Counted from the stretch's first letter, positions 38,741-49,646 are shown. The stretch is 64,000 bases of DNA from Gracilimonas sp. (GCA_040904925.1 JBBDSP010000027.1:13264-77263); one strand, 5' to 3'. The notes: generated by a model from the sequence alone, not told the origin. Made by a program: numbers and translations.

Positions 38741-39574
38741 TTGCCTGCAAATACATCCAATTTAAGCCTGCCTTCTTCACCAAAAATAATGGGGATCATA
38801 AATGCTACTCCTGATTCTTTCAGTGACGGTGGTCGATATACCGATGTAAGCAGAGCCATGGATCGGATCCATATCATGATCAAAAATGGGGCGGAGATCA
38901 TTGATGTTGGCGGGGAGTCAACCCGTCCCGGTTCAGATCCGATTTCTGTTCAGGAAGAAATAGATAGGGTTATGCCTGTACTCGAAAAGGCCATTTCCGT
39001 TTTCAAAAAAGCGGCCTTCTCAATTGATACTACTAAGTTTGAAGTAGCAAAGTTGGCGCTCGAAGCCGGCTCTAAGATCATAAACGACGTAAGCGGACTT
39101 CAGAAAGAACCAAAGCTGGCAGATCTTTGTGCAGAATTTGGTGCCACTTATATTTTAATGCACAGTCAGGGAGACCCCAAGACCATGCAGAAAGAGCCGA
39201 AGTACAAAGATGTTGTAGAGGATGTCACAGCATTTTTTGAACAGCAGCTGACCGAGGCAAAAAAAAGGGGTGCCCACAATATAATTTTAGATCCGGGTAT
39301 CGGTTTCGGTAAAACCCTGGAGCACAATCTGAAATTGATCGCCCATCTTGATAAATTCCAAAAATTTGGTTTACCTATATTGGTTGGAGCTTCACGCAAG
39401 TCCATGATCGGTAAAATATTAAATAATCGTCCTACAGACGACCGCATCACAGGAACCGTGGCTTTGCATTATCATGCACTGGTAAAAGGAGCGAATATTT
39501 TACGCGTTCATGATGTGAAGGAAGCTTCCGATTCAATTCGTATATTCAACGCAGTACAATCCCAACAATCTTAA
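38741..39574 (+). CDS. folP: Dihydropteroate synthase
   Basis: MGIINATPDSFSDGG, DVGGESTRPG, SIDT, DPGIGFGK, GASRKS, LRVHDV. Confidence 0.97.
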   Translation: MPANTSNLSLPSSPKIMGIINATPDSFSDGGRYTDVSRAMDRIHIMIKNGAEIIDVGGESTRPGSDPISVQEEIDRVMPVLEKAISVFKKAAFSIDTTKFEVAKLALEAGSKIINDVSGLQKEPKLADLCAEFGATYILMHSQGDPKTMQKEPKYKDVVEDVTAFFEQQLTEAKKRGAHNIILDPGIGFGKTLEHNLKLIAHLDKFQKFGLPILVGASRKSMIGKILNNRPTDDRITGTVALHYHALVKGANILRVHDVKEASDSIRIFNAVQSQQS

Positions 39575-39584
39575 AACAGACGCC

Positions 39585-40397
39585 TTGTTTCCCATTGGCT
39601 TTCTCGAATTCGGAATTAAAGATTTCGTCGAGACTCTTATTATTGCGCTATTTCTGGTATATCTGTACCGGTGGGTAAAAGGTACGTTTGCGATTCAGGC
39701 TGCACTGGGGATATTATTTGTCGTCATCATAAATGTAATGATCGGTTTGTTGGGCTTCACGACTATAAATTCTATCCTAAGCCAGATCCTTGATGTCGGT
39801 ATCATCGCGATCATCATTCTCTTTCAACCCGAGATCCGTAAACTGCTATACCGTCTTGGAACCAATACCAGCCTCGACCGATTTTTCTCCACTTCAAATT
39901 CTGATAAGACCATTGATGAAGTGATTGAAGCTGTAAAAGATATGGCCAAAAATAAGACCGGGGCATTGATCGTATTTGCCCGAACATCTTCTTTGCAGGA
40001 TCTTGTTGATGCAGGAGTAAATATTGATGCGGAGATCAGAAGTGAATTGCTGGTAACGATCTTTCAAAAAGACACTCCCCTTCATGATGGGGCGGTGGTT
40101 ATTCGTGGAAATAGAATTGTTGCGGCCAGTTGTTATTTACCTATTTCGCAGAATCCTAATATTTCAACTTCATTTGGGACCCGTCACCGTGCCGCAGTGG
40201 GAATCAGTGAGTCGAATAATGTATTCGTACTTGTGGTATCTGAAGAAACAGGTCGTATTTCCATTGCCCGAAACGGAGCACTTACCAGTGGATTGACCAT
40301 CCAGAAACTTCGGGCCGAAATGGAAGAATCCTTCGGAGATCAGAAGTTTGATGAAGATGTTGCCTTCAGTTCACAAGCCGATATGAATTTGAACTGA
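39585..40397 (+). CDS. dacA: Diadenylate cyclase CdaA/DacA
   Basis: Three TM helices, FQPEIR, PLHDGA (DGA), GTRHRAA (RHR). Confidence 0.95.
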   Translation: MFPIGFLEFGIKDFVETLIIALFLVYLYRWVKGTFAIQAALGILFVVIINVMIGLLGFTTINSILSQILDVGIIAIIILFQPEIRKLLYRLGTNTSLDRFFSTSNSDKTIDEVIEAVKDMAKNKTGALIVFARTSSLQDLVDAGVNIDAEIRSELLVTIFQKDTPLHDGAVVIRGNRIVAASCYLPISQNPNISTSFGTRHRAAVGISESNNVFVLVVSEETGRISIARNGALTSGLTIQKLRAEMEESFGDQKFDEDVAFSSQADMNLN

Positions 40398-40447
40398 GCT
40401 GAGGTAAAGCTCAGTTTTCTTTAAATAGATCTGTATCAGATCCAACC

Positions 40448-40569
40448 TCGCACAAGCGGACGTTTGCGCTAGTACTTGAAGAATATTTTGATCTTACCGA
40501 CTAAAACTAGTTAAAGATTATCTCAATACTGTTTCCACCCAAAAACTGGTTCAAGCGTCCGCTTGGACC
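40448..40569. repeat. REP doublet, left copy
   Basis: TCGCACAAGCGGACGTTTGCGCTAG (40448-40472) and the inverted GGTTCAAGCGTCCGCTTGGACC (40548-40569). Confidence 0.85.
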
Positions 40570-40584
40570 TTTGTCGAATAAAGC

Positions 40585-41139
40585 TCAATAAATTATTTCA
40601 ACATCCAATATTCCCTTTCCCCCATAATAATCCTTGGCGCTACTATATTTCCAATCTTGTGGATGGATCACAAAACCAGCTTTAACAGGATTGAAATGTA
40701 GGTACTCAAGTTTTTGATTGATCATTTCAGCTGTAAACAATTCTATTGGATGATTGTGTTGCTGCCAAAATTGCCAATCAATATTGTTACTATTATTTAC
40801 CCCAGCTCTTTTCATCATCCATGTCATCCAATTTTTTCTACTTTCCTTGGGGTAATCATGAATTTCTTCTTTTAGTTTTCTGGAAGTAAAACTTTTGAAG
40901 TCACGTAAAATACTTTGCATCGGATTTTGGCTGGTTCCCATAATCAAATGTACATGACTAGGCATGATACACCAGGCATAAATAATTAAGCCCTTATTGT
41001 CCTGGCAAAATTTAAAACTGTCGATCAGTATATTGTTGTAAACCGGTCTAATGAATACATCTATCCAATTTATAACAGAGAAGCTTACGAAATAAGCTTG
41101 TGTTTGGTTATGGAATTTATACTTTCTGCTCATAATCAT
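40585..41139 (-). mobile_element. REP-associated tyrosine transposase (RAYT, Y1 HUH)
   Basis: YFVSFSVINWIDVF, AWCIMPSHVHLI (HUH), FWQ, KLEYLHFNPVKAG, WKYSSA; flanked by REP doublets. Confidence 0.92.
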
Positions 41140-41216
41140 CCCTTAAATTGACGTTTAAAGGGTTAGAGCATTTTAAAAGCAATTCCTTACAAAATATTTT
41201 TTTACTGAATTCAAGA

Positions 41217-41334
41217 TCGCACAAGCGGACGCTTGCGCTAGTACTTGAGGAATAGTTTGTCATTACCAACTAAGGACTGGTAAAGAATGGCTCAAAAATA
41301 GTTTAAAATAATGGTTCAAGCGTCCGCTTGGACC
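41217..41334. repeat. REP doublet, right copy (direct repeat of 40448-40569)
   Basis: TCGCACAAGCGGACGCTTGCGCTAG (41217-41241) and GGTTCAAGCGTCCGCTTGGACC (41313-41334); spacer also similar. Confidence 0.85.
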
Positions 41335-41342
41335 ATTATCAT

Positions 41343-42335
41343 TTACCTACCCAAAAACTCTTGCATCAAGTCACGCGCAGCTTTGTACGAAGAAACTTCT
41401 CCCTGTTGAACCTGTTTTCGAAACTTCTCCAATTTTATTTTCAAATCAGCATCTTCATAAAAGGCACGATGTAATTCCTGATGTATTGCCTCATCCAGCC
41501 AGTAGCTTGCCTGATCTTTTCTCTTTTGTTCGAAGAACCCTTTGATTTTGGTATGTCTCATAAATTCATCTATGATCTCCCAGACTTCGGGTATCCCGTT
41601 ATTGTGAAAGGCAGAACAGGTAGCCACTTTCGGAATCCATCCCGATTCTGTGGGAGGAAACAGATGAAGGGCATTTTTGTATTCAGCCATGGCACGTTTG
41701 GCAGCATCTTCATTTCCGGAATCCGCTTTGTTGATGACGATGGAATCAGCCATTTCCATGATGCCGCGTTTAATGCCCTGAAGTTCATCTCCGGCTCCGG
41801 CGAGCATCAGTAATAAAAAGAAATCGACCATGGAGTGAACGGCTGTTTCGGACTGACCAACGCCAACCGTTTCAATCAAAATGGTATCAAAACCTGCGGC
41901 TTCACAAAGTGAAATGGTCTCCCTTGTACTTCGGGCAACCCCCCCAAGTGATCCGGAAGTTGGGGTAGGCCGAATGTATGCTTTGGGGTGATTGGATAAG
42001 GTTTCCATACGGGTTTTATCGCCGAGAATACTACCGCGGGTTTTGGAACTGCTGGGATCCACGGCTAGTACGGCCAGTGATCTTCCTTCTTCCTCAATGA
42101 CATGATTTCCAAAAGCTTCAATAAAAGTACTCTTTCCAACCCCGGGAACTCCTGTTATCCCAATACGGATCGAGTTTCCGGCATGAGGCAGGCATCCTTC
42201 AATAATTTCTTGCGCCAGATCCTGATGTTCTTGCCTGGTGCTTTCGATCAGAGTGATAGCACGGCTGAGCAGCATCCGGTCTCCCGATCTAATACCATCG
42301 ATAAATTCTTTTGCTGTAGGTAGGTGCTTACTCAA
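41343..42335 (-). CDS. meaB: Methylmalonyl-CoA mutase chaperone GTPase
   Basis: GITGVPGVGKST, AVDPSS, ETVGVGQSE, GDELQGIKRG, NKAD. Confidence 0.96.
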   Translation of the reverse strand: MSKHLPTAKEFIDGIRSGDRMLLSRAITLIESTRQEHQDLAQEIIEGCLPHAGNSIRIGITGVPGVGKSTFIEAFGNHVIEEEGRSLAVLAVDPSSSKTRGSILGDKTRMETLSNHPKAYIRPTPTSGSLGGVARSTRETISLCEAAGFDTILIETVGVGQSETAVHSMVDFFLLLMLAGAGDELQGIKRGIMEMADSIVINKADSGNEDAAKRAMAEYKNALHLFPPTESGWIPKVATCSAFHNNGIPEVWEIIDEFMRHTKIKGFFEQKRKDQASYWLDEAIHQELHRAFYEDADLKIKLEKFRKQVQQGEVSSYKAARDLMQEFLGR

Positions 42336-42348
42336 GATAACCTCCTGT

Positions 42349-42414
42349 TAACTTTTCCAAAGTTACATGGGAATCGAAGTTTGCAGGGTATTCCACCTAA
42401 CTTTGGAAAAGTTA
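42349..42414. repeat. 17-bp inverted-repeat doublet
   Basis: TAACTTTTCCAAAGTTA (42349-42365) / TAACTTTGGAAAAGTTA (42398-42414). Confidence 0.75.
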
Positions 42415-42488
42415 GCTGATACAAAGACATCTCCCCCTCGCTCCTACGCTCCGCGTTAGAGCGAAAAAGAGGATGATTGTGATAACGA

Positions 42489-44633
42489 TCAATCCGATCC
42501 ATTGGAATAATTTTCTATCAATACATCTAAAATTTGCTTAGCTGCTTTTGGGATCACGGTTCCGGGACCGAACACAGCAGTAACTCCTACATCATACAGG
42601 AAATCATAATCCTGCTGAGGGATCACTCCTCCGGCGATCACTATGATATCTTCACGACCATGCTCCTTGAGTTCGTTGATTACCTGAGGAACCAGTGTTT
42701 TATGTCCACCGGCCAGACTGGAAACCCCCAAAATATGCACGTCATTTTCTACGGCCTGTCGGGCGGCTTCTTCAGGGGTTTGGAAGAGGGGGCCAATATC
42801 TACATCAAAACCAAGATCTGCAAAGCTGGTAGAGATGACTTTAGCCCCCCTGTCGTGACCATCCTGGCCCATTTTGGCAACCATGATCCGAGGGCGGCGG
42901 CCATCCAGTTCAGCAAACTCATCCGCTTTTGCGAGGGCGGCTTTAAAGTGATCGTTATTTTTTAATTCAGAAGAATACACGCCTGAAATTGATTTAATAG
43001 TTGCTTTATATCGCCCGAAAGCCTCCTCCATGGCATCAGATATTTCACCAAGTGTGGCTCTTTCGCGGGCTGCATCAACAGCCAAAGCTAATAAATTTCC
43101 ATCACCGGATTCTGCACATTTCGTGAGTTTATCAAGTGCCTGCTGTACAGCCTCATCATTACGACCGGCTTTTATTTTGTTGATTCGCTCGATCTGAGAT
43201 CTGCGAACTTTTTCATTATCTACTTCCAGGATGTCGATCTCGGATTTCTCATCCGTTTGGTATTTGTTGATGCCGACAATGGTGTCTTTGGCAGAGTCGA
43301 TACGAGCTTGTTTTCTGGCAGCAGCTTCTTCGATCCTCATTTTTGGAAGGCCGGTTTCAATGGCTTTTGCCATCCCACCGAGTTCCTCCACTTCACCAAT
43401 AAGAGTCCAGGCTCGGCGTGCGATCTTATCTGTCAAATATTCTACATAATACGAGCCTGCCCAAGGATCCACGGCTTTGGTTATGCCGGTCTCTTCCTGT
43501 AAGAATAACTGCGTATTTCGGGCAATGCGGGCAGAGAAATCGGTTGGAAGGGCAATGGCCTCATCCAGGGCGTTGGTGTGCAGAGACTGCGTGTGACCAA
43601 GTACAGCAGCTAACGCCTCCACGGTTGTTCGTGCCACATTGTTGAATGGATCTTGTTCAGTCAAGCTCCACCCGGAAGTTTGGGAATGTGTTCTCAGCGA
43701 AAGGGATTTTTCATTCTTTGGGTTGAAGGACTTCACGATCTTAGCCCAAAGCAATCGCGCAGCCCGCATCTTGGCAATTTCCATAAAATGATTCATCCCG
43801 ATGCCCCAGAAAAAAGAAAGCCGCGGAGCAAATTCATCAATATCCATTCCGGCTTTTATCCCTCTGCGGAGATACTCAAGTCCGTTGGCGAGTGTGTAAG
43901 CCAGTTCAAGATCACAGGTAGCTCCGGCTTCCTGCATATGATATCCGCTTATCGAGATAGAATTAAAGCGAGGCATATTCTGTGAGGTGTATTCAAAAAT
44001 ATCCCCGATAATCTTCATAGAAGGCTCCGGCGGATAGATATAGGTATTCCGAACCATAAATTCCTTGAGAATATCATTCTGAATAGTCCCGGATAAGTGC
44101 TCCGGTTTTATGCCTTGTTCTTCGCCCGCTACAATAAAAAAGGCCATTACGGGAATCACAGCACCATTCATGGTCATGGAAACAGACATCTTATCCAGCG
44201 GAATTTGATCGAAGAGGATCTTCATGTCCTCCACTGAATCAATGGCGACACCGGCTTTACCGACATCCCCGGATACACGCGGGTGATCAGAGTCATACCC
44301 ACGATGGGTTGCAAGGTCGAAAGCCACGGAAAGTCCTTTTTGTCCGGCCTCTAAATTTCGCCGATAAAATGCATTGGATTCCTCAGCAGTTGAAAATCCT
44401 GCATATTGGCGGATGGTCCACGGGCGAACGGCATACATAGTGGAATAGGGGCCTCGCAGATAAGGGGGAATACCGGCAGCATAATCCAGATGCTCCAGGT
44501 TTTTAACGTCCTCTTTGCCGAAAGTATGCGTCACCGGAATTTGCTCAGGAGTTTCCCAGGTTTGCTCTGAACCACTGTCGGATTTTTTAGGTGAATTGAG
44601 ATCTAAGCTGATATTTGAAAAATCCTTCTTCAT
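42489..44633 (-). CDS. scpA: Methylmalonyl-CoA mutase, catalytic subunit
   Basis: [34 protein letters not shown] (B12-binding DxHxxG). Confidence 0.97.
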   Translation of the reverse strand: MKKDFSNISLDLNSPKKSDSGSEQTWETPEQIPVTHTFGKEDVKNLEHLDYAAGIPPYLRGPYSTMYAVRPWTIRQYAGFSTAEESNAFYRRNLEAGQKGLSVAFDLATHRGYDSDHPRVSGDVGKAGVAIDSVEDMKILFDQIPLDKMSVSMTMNGAVIPVMAFFIVAGEEQGIKPEHLSGTIQNDILKEFMVRNTYIYPPEPSMKIIGDIFEYTSQNMPRFNSISISGYHMQEAGATCDLELAYTLANGLEYLRRGIKAGMDIDEFAPRLSFFWGIGMNHFMEIAKMRAARLLWAKIVKSFNPKNEKSLSLRTHSQTSGWSLTEQDPFNNVARTTVEALAAVLGHTQSLHTNALDEAIALPTDFSARIARNTQLFLQEETGITKAVDPWAGSYYVEYLTDKIARRAWTLIGEVEELGGMAKAIETGLPKMRIEEAAARKQARIDSAKDTIVGINKYQTDEKSEIDILEVDNEKVRRSQIERINKIKAGRNDEAVQQALDKLTKCAESGDGNLLALAVDAARERATLGEISDAMEEAFGRYKATIKSISGVYSSELKNNDHFKAALAKADEFAELDGRRPRIMVAKMGQDGHDRGAKVISTSFADLGFDVDIGPLFQTPEEAARQAVENDVHILGVSSLAGGHKTLVPQVINELKEHGREDIIVIAGGVIPQQDYDFLYDVGVTAVFGPGTVIPKAAKQILDVLIENYSNGSD

Positions 44634-46036
44634 TATGCACCCTCCTTTTGAAGTTCAGCTTCGATATTCAGTGGTGGCACTTTCTCAATTTCAAGGAAAG
44701 AACCCGCACTAAATTCAAGATCATCAAAATTTTGAATATTGAATATTGAATATTGAATTTCGTCAGGTTGATATTTATTCACTCCAACCAACACTTTCTC
44801 CTCCTTTTTATAAGCCTGCACTTTTTTGCTTCGGGATCTTTGAATTTTACTTTGTATAAATCCGGTTTTGAGGCATTCATAAAATCCGCCTTTTGCTTCA
44901 ATTTCCTGAAATAATTTCCAGCTTTCTTCGGCAATTTTATCGGTCAAAACTTCAATGTAATAGGAACCGGCTCCCGGATCGGCCACTTTATCGAGGTAAG
45001 ACTCTTCCTGTAAGATGAGCTGAATATTCCGTGCAATGCGAGAGGAAAACCCGGAAGGCTCATCAAAATATTGGTTATAAGGATGAACGGTGATGGAGTC
45101 ACATCCGCCTAAGGCCGCAGCCATTGTTTCTGTTGTTGCACGAAGCATATTATTATGGGCATCCGTTTTAGATTTGTTCCAGAACGGGGTTTCGGCGTGA
45201 ATGGGATTCGAAATATTCTCAATTTCGTACTCTTTCAAAACCTGAGCCCAAATTAATTTGAATGTGCGGAATTTAGCGAGTTCTGGAAAGTAGTTTGGCC
45301 CTGATGCAAAATTGAAATAAAGCTGTTGACTATTTTTTTCATTCAGTCCTAAAATTTCATTACCCGCCGCTAATGCAAATGCTACCTGTTGAACAATATC
45401 TGCTCCGGAATCAGCATAAATTGATGTGTCGATGCCGATGAAATTAAAAGTAGGCCCCGATTCATTCACTATGCTTTGAATGGCTTTTCTTTCAAGAAGT
45501 TTTCCGGTTCGAATGGCAAAGGAAAAAGGATCGAAGGTAAAGTGAGTGTCGAGCTTGGTTTTGGAGATGTCGCGCTCTTCGCAAATGGCTTTAAGCCATT
45601 TAACGTTTTGTGCTGTGGAAAGAGAAGGACCGAATTTTAAAGTGATGAACTCAAATTGAATATCCTTCAGCAGTCGCTTCAGATCACCTTGAGTTGAAAC
45701 CTGATCTGCCTTAAGGTTGAAATACAATCCTGAAGCTCCACTTTCCAGAGCGTGCAAGGCAAGTTTATTGGCGGTGTCTATATCTGTGTTCTCGATGGGT
45801 TCAACTACACTCCATGATGTTGAAGCACGAACAGGATCAGGAGTTCGGTCAAGGTCTTCCAGATTTTGTTTTCGGTAAAATGGCAGAGCGTTTACGCCCT
45901 CTCCCGATTTCCATTCCAGGACTTCTTTGTAGTTTTTGCCTTTTAGATCAGACTCAATGACTTCTTCCCATTCCTCTAAAGATATGGGTGGAAATTCGTT
46001 AAAATGAAGGTTGTCTTTGAAATTCAGGTTTTCCAA
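44633..46036 (-). CDS. Methylmalonyl-CoA mutase small (non-catalytic) subunit
   Basis: [47 protein letters not shown]; no DxHxxG; coupled to scpA by TAATG. Confidence 0.92.
   Translation of the reverse strand: MENLNFKDNLHFNEFPPISLEEWEEVIESDLKGKNYKEVLEWKSGEGVNALPFYRKQNLEDLDRTPDPVRASTSWSVVEPIENTDIDTANKLALHALESGASGLYFNLKADQVSTQGDLKRLLKDIQFEFITLKFGPSLSTAQNVKWLKAICEERDISKTKLDTHFTFDPFSFAIRTGKLLERKAIQSIVNESGPTFNFIGIDTSIYADSGADIVQQVAFALAAGNEILGLNEKNSQQLYFNFASGPNYFPELAKFRTFKLIWAQVLKEYEIENISNPIHAETPFWNKSKTDAHNNMLRATTETMAAALGGCDSITVHPYNQYFDEPSGFSSRIARNIQLILQEESYLDKVADPGAGSYYIEVLTDKIAEESWKLFQEIEAKGGFYECLKTGFIQSKIQRSRSKKVQAYKKEEKVLVGVNKYQPDEIQYSIFNIQNFDDLEFSAGSFLEIEKVPPLNIEAELQKEGA
44732..44759. repeat. 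(TTGAATA)3-TTGAATT heptamer tandem repeat inside the mutase small-subunit CDS
   Basis: Translates on the minus strand as part of [11 protein letters not shown]. Confidence 0.8.
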
Positions 46037-46202
46037 AACTGCAGCTTATGTTTATTGAATTTTAATTACAGTCCAAAATAAAGAGGTCAGAAGTTCTTTA
46101 CTAACCGGGCTCAAAAAATACCGTTTTAATTAGTAAAAAAGCGCTTACAATTTGTATATTCAGTTCCATTTTTCACGAAAACAAAACTCACTTACTTATT
46201 TA

Positions 46203-47366
46203 ATGGAACAAACGGAGCAATTAATTCCGCCCTTAACCCAGCTTACCGAAGATGAACAAATGCTAAAAGAGGCTGCCGCTGATTTTGCAGAAGCTTCCAT
46301 AAAGCCTTTGGTTGAAGAAATGGACGAGAACGCAAAACTCGACCCGGGTCTGATCAAAGAGTTTTTTGAAATGGGATTGATGGGAATTGATATTCCCGAG
46401 AAATACTCAGGCGGTGGCGGAACATTTATGATGTCTATTGTTGCAATCGAGCAGATCTCGAGAGTTGATGCATCAGCAGGTGTATTTATGGATGTTCAGA
46501 ACACACTGGTAAATAATGCCTTTGTGAATTTTGCATCCGATCACCTAAAAGACAAATATTTACCACAGCTTGCTACGGAGAAAGTAGGGGCCTATTGTTT
46601 GTCTGAAGCAGGATCCGGAAGTGACGCGTTCGCCCTAAAAGCTACGGCCACTGAAGACGGTGATGATTTTGTGTTAAATGGTGCCAAGCTTTGGATCACT
46701 AATGCCAACGAGGCAGATATCTTTTTGGTGATGGCGAATGTGAATCCTGATGCAGGATATAAAGGCATTACTGCTTTTGTTGTAGAGCGTGGAATGGAAG
46801 GATTTTCTATCTCTAAAAAAGAAAACAAACTGGGAATCCGTGCGAGCTCTACTTGTGAGATCTTATTAGACAACTGTCGCGTGCCTAAAGAAAACGTGGT
46901 TGGCGAAGTTGGAAAAGGATATAAAGTAGCTATTGAGACTTTGAATGAAGGCCGTGTTGGAATCGGAGCTCAGATGATTGGTATTGCTCAGGGTGCCTTT
47001 GATGCAGCGCTTGCATATGTACAGGAACGCAAACAGTTTGGGAAAGCGATCTCAGAATTTCAGGGTGTTCAGTTTCAGTTGGCACGTATGGCAACAGATA
47101 TTGAAATGGCTCGATTATTGGTTTACAATGCTGCCAGAAAGAAAATGGCCGGTCAGAATTTTCTGAAAGAAGCGGCCATGGCAAAATTCTATTCGTCTGA
47201 AGTTGCTGAAAGTGTAAGTTCGCAGGCAGTGGATCTGTTTGGAGGCTATGGATATGTTAAAGAATATCCCGTAGAGAAATATTACCGTGATTCTAAGATC
47301 GGTAAGATCTACGAGGGTACAACGAACATGCAGCTCAGCACTATTGCTAAGTTGCTACTTCGATGA
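46203..47366 (+). CDS. Acyl-CoA dehydrogenase (short/branched-chain type)
   Basis: YCLSEAGSGSDAF, NGAKLWITN, KLGIRASST, LNEGRVGI, FGGYGYVKEYPVEKYYRD, IYEGT. Confidence 0.95.
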   Translation: MEQTEQLIPPLTQLTEDEQMLKEAAADFAEASIKPLVEEMDENAKLDPGLIKEFFEMGLMGIDIPEKYSGGGGTFMMSIVAIEQISRVDASAGVFMDVQNTLVNNAFVNFASDHLKDKYLPQLATEKVGAYCLSEAGSGSDAFALKATATEDGDDFVLNGAKLWITNANEADIFLVMANVNPDAGYKGITAFVVERGMEGFSISKKENKLGIRASSTCEILLDNCRVPKENVVGEVGKGYKVAIETLNEGRVGIGAQMIGIAQGAFDAALAYVQERKQFGKAISEFQGVQFQLARMATDIEMARLLVYNAARKKMAGQNFLKEAAMAKFYSSEVAESVSSQAVDLFGGYGYVKEYPVEKYYRDSKIGKIYEGTTNMQLSTIAKLLLR

Positions 47367-47375
47367 GTGAGTGAG

Positions 47376-47401
47376 AAAAAGGGGGCTTCGGCCCCCTTTT
47401 T
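47376..47401. terminator. Bidirectional terminator with UUCG loop
   Basis: AAAAAGGGGGC-TTCG-GCCCCCTTTTT. Confidence 0.9.
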
Positions 47402-47404
47402 ATT

Positions 47405-48214
47405 TTAAGGTGTTTTTGGTTTTGGGTGAAAAAAGCCATTTAGAAAACGCTCTTTATTTAGCTCTTCCTGTGAAACGGCACACCGAAATCCTACCTCATA
47501 GAATTTAGAATCACTCAATACCCCAACCCGCCAATATAGTTTGGCAGTATTTTCCCAAGAGTTGAAACTTCCGCCCCTAATGATCCTTACAGCGCTATTC
47601 TCAAGATCATGCAGTTCATTAGGTTTCTCATAAAACTGATAATATTCCCCGATCCATTCTGATACATTACCACTCATGTCGTATAGCCCCAACTCATTTG
47701 GTTTTTTCGTGCCTACAGTAAATGAGAAAGAGAGATTTTCGTTTTCGGTAATGGCAAAGTCAGAGAGGGAATCAGGGTCGTTTGTCCCAGCATAAAGAAA
47801 TGCTTTACCTCCGGCACGGGCGGCATATTCCCATTCATTTTCTGAAGGTAGCCGCCACCCAAAATAGTTACAGTAGGCCTCAGCATCATGCCAATCAACC
47901 CGTACAACCGCACGATCGCCACGCCCATAGTGGTCATCTTCGGGTAAAGGGATGTCGGTTTTACGAGCGAAGGCATCATATTGAGCAAAGGTAACTTCGT
48001 GCTTACCGATGTAGAAATCGGGCAGAGTAACTTGATGTATGGGTAAAGCATCTGTGTTCAAACTGTCTATGATATCACCCATTAAAAAAGTACCGCCATT
48101 AATAAATACCATTTCAGGTTTAGAGATACTTGGTGTATTTTTGAAAATTGAACAATTGCTTACACTTAAAGCAATTAAAAGTATGATCAGGGTTCTTCGT
48201 TGAAAATCTTTCAT
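47405..48214 (-). CDS. Formylglycine-generating-enzyme (SUMF1)-like lipoprotein
   Basis: IGKHEVTFAQY, RLPSENEWEYAAR, PNELGLYDMSGNVSEW, RGGSF, GFRC. Confidence 0.88.
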   Translation of the reverse strand: MKDFQRRTLIILLIALSVSNCSIFKNTPSISKPEMVFINGGTFLMGDIIDSLNTDALPIHQVTLPDFYIGKHEVTFAQYDAFARKTDIPLPEDDHYGRGDRAVVRVDWHDAEAYCNYFGWRLPSENEWEYAARAGGKAFLYAGTNDPDSLSDFAITENENLSFSFTVGTKKPNELGLYDMSGNVSEWIGEYYQFYEKPNELHDLENSAVRIIRGGSFNSWENTAKLYWRVGVLSDSKFYEVGFRCAVSQEELNKERFLNGFFHPKPKTP

Positions 48215-48323
48215 ACTAAAATGATAGTATGAATATAAATTAATTGCAAAGAAATGGAATGATGTTCCCAAATACAGAGTTTAAACTTTCAGAAATTCCC
48301 TTAGTATCTCTCAGACAAATCAA

Positions 48324-49598
48324 TTGAATAAAATGGATCATAAGTTAGACCAAAAAATTCTCGATCAGCTTAAGCAGTGCAGTAAAGACGAAGCCTCATT
48401 ATCAAAATTAGAAGAGTTATATTTCGAGCTTCAGGGCCGATATCAGGATCTCAAAAAGCAACTTTCATTAGTTGAACAGGCAATTAAATACGATTATGAT
48501 TCCATTCTGATCACGGATCTTGACCTTGAGAAGCCGGGGCCAAAGATCGTGTATGTTAACGACGGTTTCACTAAGATGACCGGTTATAGAAAAGAGGAAG
48601 TAATAGGTAAAACCCCGCGTATTTTACAAGGCGAAAAAACAGATCGTCATGTACTTGACAGGCTTAAAGAGAGACTTATTGAAGGGCAGGCATTTTTTGG
48701 ACACACGGTAAATTATAGAAAAGACGGAACCGAATTTATCAATCAGTGGGATATTCATCCGCTTACCAACAAAAACGGGGAGATCACGCACTGGGTTTCC
48801 TATCAGAGAGATATTACAGACCGAAAAGAATCAAGTAAGCTGGTCTTCGATGGCAACCTCGATTTTGATAACTTGGTTGAAGAGTCTAAAAAAACCTTTG
48901 TCGATCTTGATGTTCAGGGGAACATCATTTCCTCCAACAGTTCCTTTAAAAATTTACTGGGATACGATGCTGATGAGTTGAAAACTGTTAAGGTTTGGGA
49001 GATGGTTATAGAAGAAGATCAAAATGAAATGAGAGATCTTTTTGCTGACTTCAACCCCAATAAAATTGGAGAAGATGCATACCCATGGACCTTCAAACAA
49101 AAAAATGGTGAAACGGTAAAATTAGAAGGCCACATAAATCATTTTGTAAATAATGATGAAACTATCATTCGAATTCATTTCGAAAATCTTTCTTTACGGG
49201 ACCGCATTATTGAGACCTTGAAGAAAAAGAAAAACGAATTCCAGGATATCGTTGGAAAAAAAGATGAGTTCTCTATTCGTTTTGTATTGACGGATGATGG
49301 TAAAACCGGTTGTAAATTTGTATCCGACGGTTTTAAATCTGTTACCGGATTAAATCCTGATGAGGTTATTGGAAAAGGAATGAAAGGAGTTGTCCATGCA
49401 GACGATCATGACGCCGTTGAAAAAGCCCTTGAAAATGCTTTCAATGGTAATCCGTCAAGCATAAGCTGTAAATATAGAACCTCGCAAGGAGACTATATTT
49501 CAGTGATCCAGTCTTTTAAACCTGATTATGGAGAAAATGGAAAAATTGTAGAAAGCGTGAAAAGCGTAGCCATGATCGAATTAGAAGTAGAAAATTAG
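48324..49598 (+). CDS. PAS-only protein (N-terminal coiled coil plus three PAS/PAC domains)
   Basis: IVYVNDGFTKMTGY..EEVIGKTPRILQG, NYRKDG; two further PAS-like units; no output domain seen. Confidence 0.85.
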   Translation: MNKMDHKLDQKILDQLKQCSKDEASLSKLEELYFELQGRYQDLKKQLSLVEQAIKYDYDSILITDLDLEKPGPKIVYVNDGFTKMTGYRKEEVIGKTPRILQGEKTDRHVLDRLKERLIEGQAFFGHTVNYRKDGTEFINQWDIHPLTNKNGEITHWVSYQRDITDRKESSKLVFDGNLDFDNLVEESKKTFVDLDVQGNIISSNSSFKNLLGYDADELKTVKVWEMVIEEDQNEMRDLFADFNPNKIGEDAYPWTFKQKNGETVKLEGHINHFVNNDETIIRIHFENLSLRDRIIETLKKKKNEFQDIVGKKDEFSIRFVLTDDGKTGCKFVSDGFKSVTGLNPDEVIGKGMKGVVHADDHDAVEKALENAFNGNPSSISCKYRTSQGDYISVIQSFKPDYGENGKIVESVKSVAMIELEVEN

Positions 49599-49619
49599 TC
49601 TCAATCACCCATCATTCTC

Positions 49620-49646
49620 AAAAGCCCGCCAAAGTGCGGGCTTTTT
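49620..49646 (+). terminator. Intrinsic terminator
   Basis: AAAAGCCCGC-CAAAGT-GCGGGCTTTTT. Confidence 0.8.
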
